From an uncultured Sphingomonadaceae bacterium (GTDB lineage: Bacteria; Pseudomonadota; Alphaproteobacteria; Sphingomonadales; Sphingomonadaceae): a stretch of 25,699 nucleotides of DNA. The translations under genes were made by a program, and so were the position numbers. The stretch's first letter is position 1. Each line of letters opens with the position of its first letter. The notes under the pieces are model-generated. The model was not told the DNA's origin, did no database searches, and saw only the letters and a list, made by a program, of their open reading frames with translations. Below, piece by piece: positions 17,157-25,699 of the stretch. The stretch spans positions 26,855 through 52,553 of the forward strand of contig CAYRCH010000001.1 of the NCBI GenBank assembly GCA_964422665.1, written 5' to 3'.

Positions 17157-18332
17157 CTACAGTGCCTGTGCGGCTGCCCAGGCGCTGGCCCAGGCCCACT
17201 GGAAATTGTAGCCGCCGAGCCAGCCGGTCACGTCGACCGCTTCGCCGATCACGTAGAGGCCGGGTACGCGCCGGGCTTCCATGGTCTTGGACGACAGTTC
17301 CGCCGTGCTCACTCCGCCGATCGTGACTTCGGCCTTGGCGAAGCCCTCCGTGCCGGTGGGCTGGAATGTCCAGTCGCCAAGCCGCTCTTCCGCCTGCCGC
17401 AATACCGCATCGGTAGAGTTCGCGAGCGGGCCTTCCAAGCCAACCCGATCGGCGAGCGTGTCCGCCAGCCGGCCCGGCAGGACGCCCCGCAGCAGGCTGC
17501 GCAGGGTCGCCCGCGGTGCATCATGCTTGACCCCCAGCAGCCATCCCTCTTCCGCCTGCGGCAGGAAATCGATGCTGACGGGGTTGCCGGGGCGCCAGTA
17601 GGACGAGATCTGCAATATCGCGGGGCCTGACATCCCGCGGTGGGTGAACAGCGCCGCCTCCCGGAAGGCCGCACTGCCGGTGCGCGCGATGACTTCCGTC
17701 GCCACGCCCGAGAGATCGCGGAACAGCACATCCTCGCCGCCAAGGGTCAGCGGCACGAGGGCAGGGCGCGGCTCGACCACTTTGAGGCCGAACTGGCGCG
17801 CAAGCTCGTAGGCGAAACCGCTCGCCCCCATCTTCGGAATGGAAGGGCCGCCTGTGGCGATCACCAGCGCGCGCGCCTCGGCCACCTGCCGGTCGGTCGT
17901 CACCGTGAAGCGCTCGTCGCCATGGGAGACCTGCCGGATCGTCTCCTCGCATGCGATTGTCACCCCACCTTTGGCGCATTCGGTAAGCAGCATGTCCACG
18001 ATCTGGCGTGCCGATCCGTCGCAGAACAGCTGGCCCAGCGTCTTTTCGTGCCAGGCGATGCCGTAGCTTTCGACCAGCGCGAGGAAATCCTGCGGCGAGT
18101 AGCGGTTGAGCGCCGACTTCGCGAAATGCGGGTTGGCCGAGAGGAAGCGATCGGGCGCGGTGTGGATGTTGGTGAAGTTGCACCGCCCTCCACCGGAGAT
18201 CAGGATCTTCTTGCCCGGCTTCTCGGCATGTTCGATCACCAGCACCTTGCGCCCGCGCGCACCCGCCTGTGCCGCGCACATCAGCCCGGCGGCGCCCGCG
18301 CCAAGGATGATGACGGCATAGGGGGAATTCAT
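17157..18332 (-). CDS. HI0933/YhiN (BaiN-like) flavoprotein, NAD(P)/FAD-dependent oxidoreductase
   Basis: GAGAAG, GKKILISGGGRCNFTN, LFTHRGMSGPAIL, AEVTIGGV, GEAVDVTGWLGGYNFQWAWASA. Confidence 0.93.
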   Translation of the reverse strand: MNSPYAVIILGAGAAGLMCAAQAGARGRKVLVIEHAEKPGKKILISGGGRCNFTNIHTAPDRFLSANPHFAKSALNRYSPQDFLALVESYGIAWHEKTLGQLFCDGSARQIVDMLLTECAKGGVTIACEETIRQVSHGDERFTVTTDRQVAEARALVIATGGPSIPKMGASGFAYELARQFGLKVVEPRPALVPLTLGGEDVLFRDLSGVATEVIARTGSAAFREAALFTHRGMSGPAILQISSYWRPGNPVSIDFLPQAEEGWLLGVKHDAPRATLRSLLRGVLPGRLADTLADRVGLEGPLANSTDAVLRQAEERLGDWTFQPTGTEGFAKAEVTIGGVSTAELSSKTMEARRVPGLYVIGEAVDVTGWLGGYNFQWAWASAWAAAQAL

Positions 18333-18420
18333 TCTTGGCGCGGTCCCGGCAGCTTCGGCGTGCCCTTAGCAGTTTCGCGCGGGCTTGCGAGGGGGATCGG
18401 GCGCGGGGCGACCGGAAGGA

Positions 18421-19896
18421 CTACTCCGCCGCTTCTGCCTGCCCTGCTGCGGCGACGGCATCGTCGTCCGAAAGGTGGGCGCCCTGCTCGCGCAGGATCC
18501 CGCGCACTTCGCTCACATCGACTTCCCGCGGTTCGATCCCGCGGTTTGCAGCGACGGCGGATGCCACGCCCGCGGCATGGCCGGTCAGCCAGCATTGCGG
18601 GATCTCGCGCATGAAGCCGTGGCTGTTGGCATCGCAGCTCACGTGACGCCCGCCCACGGTCAGCCCGTCGAGCGCGCGCGGGACCAGGCTTCCGAGCGGA
18701 ACCGAGACCACCGGGAATTTCGGGCTGATCGAGGGGCTGATGCCGACCTCGTCCGCCACCGGCGTCCCGTCACTCCAGTTGCCGCGCTCGATCCGGCCGA
18801 TGCCCGCCAGGCGGCGCGTGTGGCGCACGCCGAGCTGGCTGCCGCTCTGCAGGCTGTAGGCATTCTCGAAGCCCGGCGCATGTTCGCGGAAGAAGCGGCA
18901 GTGCCGCTCCATGAAGCGGTGACTGCGGATTTCGAGCTCGGTCTGGTCGTCCACGTCGAGCGCATTGAGCCCCGACTGGCGCGGGCCGAGGAACAGCGCG
19001 ATATCCGGCCGCCAGCTGACATAGGGTGGCTGGAAGAAGCCCATATCCTCGCGCCCGCGCTGCAGGAAGGCGCGGTGTTCCTCCGGGTTCTCCACCTTCC
19101 AGCGGATCCAGCGGTCCATGTCCACGCCGCCCAGCACCCAGCCCGTATTGGCCGAATGGTGGACGTCGCCTTCTTCGATATCGGTGTCGAAATCGGCGCC
19201 CGCCCGGGCGAACATGTCGCCGTCGCCGGTGGTATCGACCACTTGCTTCGCCAGCAGCGCCTGGCGCCCTTCCTTGCTTTCGAAGATCACCCCGCGCGCG
19301 GCGCCATCCTGCACCAGCGGCCGGGCGGCCCAGGCGTGGAATACGATCCGCACGCCGGCCTCGAGCAGCATTTCCTGCGCGTTGAGTTTCATCCGCTCCG
19401 GATCGAGCGTGGGCGCCCACTGGACGATTCCGTGGAAGGCAGTGGTGCGCTGACCCCAGTAACCGGCCTTGACGGGGTCCTGGCTGCCCCAGTCCTCGGG
19501 CGGCGGGCCGGCAACCGACTCGCGCGGCATGCGCTCGATGAAATGGCGGGCGAAGCCCTGGATCACATGGTTGCCCTGCCAGTCGGTCATCCGGTCGATC
19601 CAGATGACCAGCCCGCCGGTGGAGAGCCCGCCGAGGTGGTTGTAGCGTTCGACCAGCGTGACATCGGCCCCGGCCTTGGCGGCGGCCCATGCCGCGGCGC
19701 AGCCCGAAGGTCCGCCGCCGATCACGGCGACGTCGCATTTGTGGTAGATGGCGATGTCGCGCGCATCCTCGCGGATGGTTCCGCCGCCATTGCGGGGCGG
19801 GAGGGCGCGGCTGTCGGCGGCGAATACGTCGGAACCGAGGAAACGTTCTTCGCTATGGCCCTCGACCCGCTGAACCCTGACTTCGTTTTCCGACAT
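18421..19896 (-). CDS. FAD-dependent oxidoreductase (FAD_oxidored/PF12831-like), substrate unknown
   Basis: DVAVIGGGPSG, ERYNHLGGLSTGG, VVDTTGDGD, VPLGSLVP...GGRHVS, REIPQCWLTGHAAG; ATG 19896 with GGAGAG RBS. Confidence 0.85.
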   Translation of the reverse strand: MSENEVRVQRVEGHSEERFLGSDVFAADSRALPPRNGGGTIREDARDIAIYHKCDVAVIGGGPSGCAAAWAAAKAGADVTLVERYNHLGGLSTGGLVIWIDRMTDWQGNHVIQGFARHFIERMPRESVAGPPPEDWGSQDPVKAGYWGQRTTAFHGIVQWAPTLDPERMKLNAQEMLLEAGVRIVFHAWAARPLVQDGAARGVIFESKEGRQALLAKQVVDTTGDGDMFARAGADFDTDIEEGDVHHSANTGWVLGGVDMDRWIRWKVENPEEHRAFLQRGREDMGFFQPPYVSWRPDIALFLGPRQSGLNALDVDDQTELEIRSHRFMERHCRFFREHAPGFENAYSLQSGSQLGVRHTRRLAGIGRIERGNWSDGTPVADEVGISPSISPKFPVVSVPLGSLVPRALDGLTVGGRHVSCDANSHGFMREIPQCWLTGHAAGVASAVAANRGIEPREVDVSEVRGILREQGAHLSDDDAVAAAGQAEAAE

Positions 19897-20037
19897 GCGC
19901 CTCTCCAGTGCTGAGGGTGCTAACCTTCCCCGGGGCAGGGCACAAGTTCGCTTGGCCGCGCTGCCACCCGAACAGCGCCATTGCACCACATCCCCGCATT
20001 CGCTAGGGGGCCGGTTCCCTGCTTTCCGGCGGGGACC

Positions 20038-20111
20038 GGCCCGATGGCGGAGTGGTTACGCAGAGGACTGCAAATCCTTGCACGCCGGTTCGATTCCGGC
20101 TCGGGCCTCCA
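20038..20111 (+). tRNA. tRNA-Cys (GCA)
   Basis: Acceptor stem GGCCCGA/TCGGGCC, anticodon loop CTGCAAA, T-arm GCCGG-TTCGATT-CCGGC, encoded CCA; 74 nt. Confidence 0.97.
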
Positions 20112-20170
20112 CATCCTGCGCTTCTAAGCGATTGCGGGGATGGGCGCTGGCGGTTAAGGGCCGCTTCAGT

Positions 20171-20246
20171 GCCGCTTTAGCTCAGTTGGTAGAGCACATC
20201 ATTCGTAATGATGGGGTCACGTGTTCGAGTCACGTAAGCGGCACCA
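20171..20246 (+). tRNA. tRNA-Thr (CGT)
   Basis: Acceptor stem GCCGCTT/AAGCGGC, D-arm GCTC/GAGC, anticodon arm CATCA-TTCGTAA-TGATG, T-arm ACGTG-TTCGAGT-CACGT, encoded CCA; 76 nt. Confidence 0.97.
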
Positions 20247-20286
20247 TTTCCTGCACCCGGGGCGTATCCGCGGCGTTGAGCCTCTC

Positions 20287-20294
20287 TTAACCAT
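20287..20294 (+). promoter_or_regulatory. Possible CtrA half-site upstream of the PilZ gene
   Basis: TTAACCAT, 40 nt upstream of ATG 20334. The motif is short and could occur by chance. Confidence 0.35.
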
Positions 20295-20333
20295 CGCGGC
20301 CTAACCTGATCCCTGTTTCTGGGGAGGTCGCCT

Positions 20334-20639
20334 ATGTCCGACAGAAGCGAAGATCGACACCTGACGCTGATTCCGGGCCGGTACCGGATGGGCAAGGGTG
20401 TGGCGCACGCTGTCACCATCACCAATCTGTCGGAGCGGGGTTGCCGTTTCCACGACCGTTTCGGGCGCCTGACCCCGGGCGCCTTCCTGACGGTCAAGAT
20501 CGGCCCGGTCGGCCCGATCGAAGGCAATGTCGTGTGGCACTGCGACCACATGGCGGGGGTGGAATTCAGGGACAAGCTGCATCCCTCGGTGCTCGACCAC
20601 ATCCGCGCACATATCGACGAGCAGAAGGAAGCGGGCTGA
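20334..20639 (+). CDS. Stand-alone PilZ-domain protein
   Basis: RxxxR (RSEDR) and NxSxxG (NLSERG) c-di-GMP motifs, VVW...AGVEF; GGAGG RBS. Confidence 0.88.
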   Translation: MSDRSEDRHLTLIPGRYRMGKGVAHAVTITNLSERGCRFHDRFGRLTPGAFLTVKIGPVGPIEGNVVWHCDHMAGVEFRDKLHPSVLDHIRAHIDEQKEAG

Positions 20640-20649
20640 ACCGCACGCG

Positions 20650-20684
20650 AAAACGCCCGGCTCCGCAGGGGAACCGGGCGCTTT
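20650..20684. terminator. Probable bidirectional terminator between the PilZ gene and dhaK
   Basis: AAAA-CGCCCGG (20654-20660) pairs with CCGGGCG (20674-20680)-CTTT, between convergent genes. Confidence 0.6.
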
Positions 20685-20709
20685 GGTTCGCCTTACCTGA
20701 TCGCGCGGA

Positions 20710-21705
20710 TCAGAAGATGCGGCAGGCGCATTCCGCCGGCGCGGCGAGCAGCTCTTCGAGCTGGCCGTCGAGCTTGAGCATGGTCAGCGAGGCGCCGGCC
20801 ATTTCCAGCGAGGTGCAATATTCGCCGACATAGTTGCGGGCCACGGTCATGCCCTTGCCGGCGGCGAGTGCATGCGCCTTGTTGTAGATCACATAGAGCT
20901 CCGCCGGCGGGGTGCCGCCGAGCCCATTGACCATCAGCGCCACGCGGTCGCCACTGCCGAAGGGCAGGTCGCTGGCCACCGCATCGAACAGCGTCTGGGT
21001 GATCGAATCCGCATCGGTGATCTTGGCGCGTTCGCGGCCCGGCTCGCCATGGATGCCGACGCCGACTTCCATCTCGTCGTCGCCGATTTCGAAGATCGGC
21101 GTGCCCTTGGCCGGCGGGATGCAGCTGGTCAGCGCCACGCCCATCGTGCGGACATTGGCGTTCACCTTCTCGGCCACGGCGATCACCTCATCGAGGCTCG
21201 CGCCATTTTCGGCGGCCGCGCCGCAAGCCTTCATGACGAAGAAGTTGCCGGCCACGCCGCGGCGGCCGACCGTGTAGAGGCTGTCCTGCACGGCGACGTC
21301 GTCATTGATGATGAACTGCTTGACCTTGATGCCTTCGGCCTCGGCCATTTCGCAGGCCATGTCCCATGCCATGCGGTCGCCCTGGTAGTTGTTGACCAGC
21401 ACCAGCACGCCCGCATCGGAGGCGACGCATTTGATCGTCTCGAGGCAGGCATCGACCGGCGGCGCGGCGAAGACCGGGCCCTGGCAGGCGGCGGTCAGCA
21501 TGCCCGGGCCGACGGCCATGACATGCGCCGGTTCGTGGCCGGAACCCGAACCCTGGACGATCGAGACCTTGTCGGCCACGGGGCGGTCCTTGCGCTTGAT
21601 CAGCTGGAATTCCGGCAGGGCCTCCAGCAGGTCCGGGTTGGCAGCAACCACGCCGGCCATGAATTCGGGAACGAAGTTCTCGGGATTGTTGACGAATTTC
21701 TTCAT
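20710..21705 (-). CDS. dhaK: Dihydroxyacetone kinase subunit DhaK
   Basis: GSGSGHEP, NNYQGD, DDVA, GRRGVAG, GIHGEPG, NGLGGTP, YCTSLEMAGASLT. Confidence 0.93.
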   Translation of the reverse strand: MKKFVNNPENFVPEFMAGVVAANPDLLEALPEFQLIKRKDRPVADKVSIVQGSGSGHEPAHVMAVGPGMLTAACQGPVFAAPPVDACLETIKCVASDAGVLVLVNNYQGDRMAWDMACEMAEAEGIKVKQFIINDDVAVQDSLYTVGRRGVAGNFFVMKACGAAAENGASLDEVIAVAEKVNANVRTMGVALTSCIPPAKGTPIFEIGDDEMEVGVGIHGEPGRERAKITDADSITQTLFDAVASDLPFGSGDRVALMVNGLGGTPPAELYVIYNKAHALAAGKGMTVARNYVGEYCTSLEMAGASLTMLKLDGQLEELLAAPAECACRIF

Positions 21706-21733
21706 GGGTTATCCTCTCGCTTGATATTCGTTT

Positions 21734-22405
21734 TCAGGCGTCCTGGCGGTTGAGTTCGGCCGCCCTGGGCGTCCGTTCCACACCGAAATTGTTGCACCAG
21801 TCCTGCAGGATGGTGGCGATGGCGACAATGCCCGGATCGGGCGTATTCGCGCTGCGCGCACCCACCTGGCTGGCGCGGCCGCGATGGGCGACGAGCGAGC
21901 GGGTTGCATCGATCGCCTCGTCCGCCGCGTCGGCAGCTGCGGCCAGCGCGGCCTTGCCGTCGCCGGAGGGGGCATGCTGCTTCAGCGCCTCATGCACCGG
22001 GATCAGCGCGTCGAGCAGGGTCTTGTCGCCCAGCTTGGCGCCGCCGCGGGCCATGATGCCTTCGATCGCATTGCCGAGCATGTCGGAAAGATCGGCGAGG
22101 CTGATGGCGGACTTGCCCTTCGCCGCCATGCCGGCCTTCATGAAGCCCGTGCCCCAGATCGGGCCAGAGGATCCGCCGACATGCTTGGAGCAGAGCATCG
22201 AGAGCTTGAGCAGCTTGGCGCCGATATCGCCTTCGATCTGCGGCAGTTCGGCCTTGATGACCTTGAAGCCCGTGGCCAGCGAAGTGCCGAAATCGCCGTC
22301 GCCGGCGAGCCCGTCGAGGTCGGAGAAATACTTCTCGTTGCGAATGGCGGTGTCGGCGGTGATGTCCAGCGCCTGCTCGACTTGCGCCTGGCTGATTTCA
22401 CTCAT
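21734..22405 (-). CDS. dhaL: Dihydroxyacetone kinase subunit DhaL
   Basis: LDGLAGDGDFG, GGSSGPIWG, GDKTLLDAL, GRAS, PDPG. Confidence 0.92.
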   Translation of the reverse strand: MSEISQAQVEQALDITADTAIRNEKYFSDLDGLAGDGDFGTSLATGFKVIKAELPQIEGDIGAKLLKLSMLCSKHVGGSSGPIWGTGFMKAGMAAKGKSAISLADLSDMLGNAIEGIMARGGAKLGDKTLLDALIPVHEALKQHAPSGDGKAALAAAADAADEAIDATRSLVAHRGRASQVGARSANTPDPGIVAIATILQDWCNNFGVERTPRAAELNRQDA

Positions 22406-22425
22406 GTGCTTCTCTCCCGATCAGG

Positions 22426-23169
22426 TCATTTGCTTGCAGCGGCAATGCGCGCAAGGTCATCCAAAGTGAGGCGGGCGGGATTGTCGCCGAGTTCGGGCAC
22501 GATCTCGTCGGCCTCGGTGAAATCCTCGTCCACCGTGTAGGTGCTGGTGGTGATGGTGCAGGGCAGGCCTGCGCCCTTGGCGGCGAGCAGGCCGTTGCGG
22601 CTGTCTTCGATTACCATGCATTCATGGGCCTCGGGCCCGCCCTCGCCGATATCGAGCGACATTTTCGCCATCTCGTAAATCTCGGGATCGGGCTTCTTGG
22701 CCGCAACGCAGTCGCCGGCATGGACGAAAGAAAACTTCGCTTTCCGTTCCTCGCCGAACAGATCGAGCACCTTGTCGATGAAGGCCGGATTGGAAGTGGT
22801 GCACACGCCGAGCTTCACGCCGTTCGCGAGCGCCTCGTCCACGATGCGCGAAATGCCCGGCCGCAGCGGCAGCCCGCCTTCGCCGACCAGTTCGGAGACG
22901 ATCGCGGTCTTGCGCTTGTGCAGCGCGAGGATCAGTTCGTCCCGGCCGCCATGTTCGGCAACCTTGTCTTCGGGCCAGCCATATTCGTCAAAATAGGCGC
23001 GCATCCGCTCCTTGCCGCCGGCGACCAGCAGCAATTTGGCGTAAAGTTCGACGCTCCATTCGGCATCGATACCGAAATCCGCGAACGCGCGGTTGAAGCC
23101 GACCCGGTGCCCGTCGCGCTCGGTATCCACGAGCACGCCGTCGCAATCGAAAATCAGTGCCTTCAGCAT
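22426..23169 (-). CDS. HAD-IA hydrolase, CbbY-like sugar-phosphate phosphatase
   Basis: LIFDCDGVLVDTERDGHRVGFN (CbbY-type motif I), GGKERM, LRPG, KKPDPEIY, IEDSRNGL; ATG 23169. Confidence 0.88.
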   Translation of the reverse strand: MLKALIFDCDGVLVDTERDGHRVGFNRAFADFGIDAEWSVELYAKLLLVAGGKERMRAYFDEYGWPEDKVAEHGGRDELILALHKRKTAIVSELVGEGGLPLRPGISRIVDEALANGVKLGVCTTSNPAFIDKVLDLFGEERKAKFSFVHAGDCVAAKKPDPEIYEMAKMSLDIGEGGPEAHECMVIEDSRNGLLAAKGAGLPCTITTSTYTVDEDFTEADEIVPELGDNPARLTLDDLARIAAASK

Positions 23170-23185
23170 TCCCCCTGTCGCTCCC

Positions 23186-24073
23186 TCAGGCTGCCTGCTT
23201 GTAGGTATCGAGGAAGGGCTGGGCGCGGTTCTCGCCGCCGAACTTGGCGATGAAGCCGGAGAACATCTGTTTGCAGGCCTGATACTGTGCATCCATCACC
23301 CGCAGCGGTTCAAAATCCGTCGGGTTTTCCTTGTGGTAGTTCACGAAACTCTCGACGAAAACGTGCTTCAGATTGGTCGAGATATTCACCTTTGCCGCGC
23401 CGCGCGCGATCGCCCGGGCGAAGGTCTCGTCGGAAAGGCCGGTTCCGCCATGCAGCGCCATCGGCGTCTTGGTCAGCCGGTTGATCGCCTCGATCCGGTC
23501 GAAATCGACCTTGGGTTCGCCCTTGTAGAAGCCGTGCGCGGTACCGACGGCGCAGGCAAAGGCTGAGAGGTCCAGCGCATCGCAGAACTTCTTGGCATCT
23601 TCGGGATCGGTCAGCACCGAATCTTCCTCGGCCACCACCATGTCGTCTTCCACGCCCATGATCTGCCCGAGCTCGGCTTCCATGCCGACACCGTATTTCT
23701 CGGCAATCTCGCGCACCCGCTTCGACATTTCGAGGTTCTCCTCGAACGGCAGTTCGGACGCGTCGATCATGATCGAGGTCCAGCCGCTTTTCGCGCATTC
23801 CTCGATCATCGGGATGTCCTTGCAGTGGTCCAGATGGAGCACCACCGGCACCGGGGAATCCTCTGCCACCGTGCGCACCCAGGAGACGATTTCCTTGTGG
23901 CTGAAATATTTGATCGTCTTTGCGGAAGTCTGGCAGATCACCGGAGCGTTCAGCTCTTCTGCCGCTTTCACCATCGCCTTGGTGGTGTTGTAATCGACAA
24001 GATTGAAGGCAGCGACCGCGTAGCCATTGTCCATCGCGTCGCGCAGCAACGGTTTCATGTTCACCAGGGGCAT
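23186..24073 (-). CDS. Class II ketose-(bis)phosphate aldolase (Fba/GatY-like)
   Basis: YAVAAFN, LHLDH, SIMIDAS, EAELG, GTAHG, LHGGTG, KVNIST; GGAG RBS. Confidence 0.92.
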   Translation of the reverse strand: MPLVNMKPLLRDAMDNGYAVAAFNLVDYNTTKAMVKAAEELNAPVICQTSAKTIKYFSHKEIVSWVRTVAEDSPVPVVLHLDHCKDIPMIEECAKSGWTSIMIDASELPFEENLEMSKRVREIAEKYGVGMEAELGQIMGVEDDMVVAEEDSVLTDPEDAKKFCDALDLSAFACAVGTAHGFYKGEPKVDFDRIEAINRLTKTPMALHGGTGLSDETFARAIARGAAKVNISTNLKHVFVESFVNYHKENPTDFEPLRVMDAQYQACKQMFSGFIAKFGGENRAQPFLDTYKQAA

Positions 24074-24299
24074 TTCAGTCTCCTTGGCAACGCGCGAGGG
24101 GTGGCGCGTTGACTTTGTCTCGAATCACCGGCCCTTTCTTATAGGGCCTCTTGAGGGGTGGTGTCTCGCCCTGAACGGCGCTTGCCGATCATTCAAGGAT
24201 AAACAGCTTCCGCGTTCGCCCTTGGGACGCCATGATTGACATTCATGGGCAATTGCCGCCAGCGAGGCGCAGAATGGTTACAAGAGAAACCGGAGCGGG

Positions 24300-25699
24300 A
24301 TGAGCGACAAGGCCGACTGGCAGGCGAAAGCCGAAGCGGAAGCGAAGGGGCGCGACCTCACCTGGCATACGCCGGAAGGGATCGCGGTGCAGCCGCTCTA
24401 CACGGCGGAGGATACGCCTGCAGACGGCGCCGGCCTGCCCGGCTTCCCGCCTTTCACTCGCGGGCCATATGCCAGCATGTATGCCGTGCGGCCGTGGACG
24501 ATCCGACAATATGCGGGCTTCTCGACGGCGGAGGAAAGCAATGTCTTCTACCGCCGCAATCTTGCGGCAGGGCAGAAGGGCCTTTCGGTCGCCTTCGACC
24601 TTGCCACGCATCGTGGCTACGATTCCGACCATCCGCGCGTGGTGGGCGATGTCGGCATGGCCGGCGTCGCGATCGACACGGTGCGCGACATGGAAATATT
24701 GTTCGACGGCATCCCGCTCGACGAAATGAGCGTTTCGATGACGATGAACGGGGCGGTGATCCCGGTGATGGCGTTCTATATCGTCGCGGCGGAGCGGCAG
24801 GGCGTGAGCCGGGAGAAGCTCACCGGAACCATCCAGAACGACATTCTCAAGGAGTTCATGGTCCGCAACACCTACATTTATCCGCCCGAGCCGAGCATGC
24901 GGATCGTCAGCGACATCATCGCCTATTGCTCGGCGGAAATGCCGCGCTTCAATTCGATCTCCATCAGCGGCTATCACATGCACGAGGCCGGGGCGACGGC
25001 GGTGCAGGAGCTCGCCTTCACCATTGCCGACGGCAAGGAATATGTCCGCCGCGCGATGGAAGCGGGGCTCGACATCGATGCTTTCGCGCCGCGCCTGTCG
25101 TTCTTCTTCGGCATCGGGATGAACTTCTTCATGGAAGTCGCCAAGCTGCGCGCGGCGCGCCGGCTGTGGCACGATGTCATGGAGGGTCTCGGCGCCAGGT
25201 CGGACAAATCGAAGATGCTGCGCACCCACTGCCAGACATCGGGAGTCTCGCTGCAGGAACAGGACCCTTATAACAACGTCATCCGCACCACTGTGGAAGC
25301 GATGGCGGCCGCGCTGGGCGGCACGCAGAGCCTGCACACCAATGCGCTCGACGAGGCGCTGGCCCTGCCGACCGATTTCTCCGCCCGGATCGCGCGCAAC
25401 ACGCAACTGGTGCTGCAGGAGGAAAGCGGGATTACGCGCGTCGCAGACCCGCTGGGCGGCAGTTATTATGTCGAGGCGCTGACGGCTGCACTGGCCGAGG
25501 AGGCCGGGAAACTGATTGCCGAGGCCGATGCGGCAGGAGGGATGACCGAGTATGTCGCCACCGGCGCGCCCAAGCGCATGATCGAGGAAAGCGCGGCCAT
25601 GAAGCAGGCGCGCGTCGATCGCGGCGAGGATGTGGTCGTGGGCGTCAACAAGTATGCGCTGGACGAACATTCGCCGATCGAGACGCTCGACATCGACAA
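24300..25699 (+). CDS. scpA: Methylmalonyl-CoA mutase, 3' truncated by the window edge
   Basis: Translated by hand from ATG 24300 (GGAG RBS): MSDKADW...[11 protein letters not shown]...[62 protein letters not shown]. The frame runs off the end, so it is absent from the ORF track. Confidence 0.95.
   Translation, partial: MSDKADWQAKAEAEAKGRDLTWHTPEGIAVQPLYTAEDTPADGAGLPGFPPFTRGPYASMYAVRPWTIRQYAGFSTAEESNVFYRRNLAAGQKGLSVAFDLATHRGYDSDHPRVVGDVGMAGVAIDTVRDMEILFDGIPLDEMSVSMTMNGAVIPVMAFYIVAAERQGVSREKLTGTIQNDILKEFMVRNTYIYPPEPSMRIVSDIIAYCSAEMPRFNSISISGYHMHEAGATAVQELAFTIADGKEYVRRAMEAGLDIDAFAPRLSFFFGIGMNFFMEVAKLRAARRLWHDVMEGLGARSDKSKMLRTHCQTSGVSLQEQDPYNNVIRTTVEAMAAALGGTQSLHTNALDEALALPTDFSARIARNTQLVLQEESGITRVADPLGGSYYVEALTAALAEEAGKLIAEADAAGGMTEYVATGAPKRMIEESAAMKQARVDRGEDVVVGVNKYALDEHSPIETLDID

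Noticed and set aside
16833-17211. Short ORFs across the dehydratase-flavoprotein gap as a gene remnant
   Set aside because: No recognisable motif or RBS, and both overlap neighbouring genes. A tBLASTn search would be needed to revive the idea.
20038-20333. tRNA genes as integration sites of a genomic island
   Set aside because: No integrase next to them, and I did not find a duplicated tRNA 3' end in the window.
24074-24299. Possible cobalamin riboswitch upstream of the B12-dependent mutase
   Set aside because: No B12-box or GGGAA...GCCCCCGCAACTGT-like core seen on either strand.
4043-25670. Long antisense or alternate-frame ORFs (4043-5206, 6746-7756, 14218-15375, 15742-16947, 17640-18614, 18385-19914, 20872-21753, 24243-25670)
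   Set aside because: Each overlaps a gene with clear family motifs and has none of its own. Such shadows are expected from high-GC codon bias.
1-25699. CRISPR array, IS elements or defence systems
   Set aside because: No regularly spaced repeats, transposase, integrase or nuclease motifs were seen.

Overview
High-GC alphaproteobacterial chromosome segment. Gene content points to Sphingomonadales, probably Erythrobacteraceae (inference). Left to right: (1) a general stress response (GSR) locus with a 5'-truncated CHASE-HWE histidine kinase, phyR, a single-domain receiver, three sigma-EcfG-type promoters and an unannotated candidate sRNA divergent from phyR; (2) a probable sphingolipid envelope cluster with a GNAT-fold putative ceramide synthase, a divergent desaturase/hydroxylase, a small lipoprotein and lptF-lptG; (3) clpS, a phasin with a long Lys/Ala/Pro-rich N-terminal extension and PhaR-like boxes, and phaC; (4) an AlaC-like aminotransferase, a crotonase, an aromatic-acid-type MFS transporter and an atypical IlvD/Edd dehydratase, followed by an AT-rich att-like segment; (5) two flavoproteins, tRNA-Cys(GCA), tRNA-Thr(CGT) and a stand-alone PilZ gene; (6) a four-gene operon of class II aldolase, CbbY-like HAD phosphatase, dhaL and dhaK with no dhaM; (7) the 5' part of methylmalonyl-CoA mutase, which is missing from the ORF track because it runs off the window. 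I saw no integrase, transposase or CRISPR array. All assignments come from motif recognition by eye; no database searches were run.
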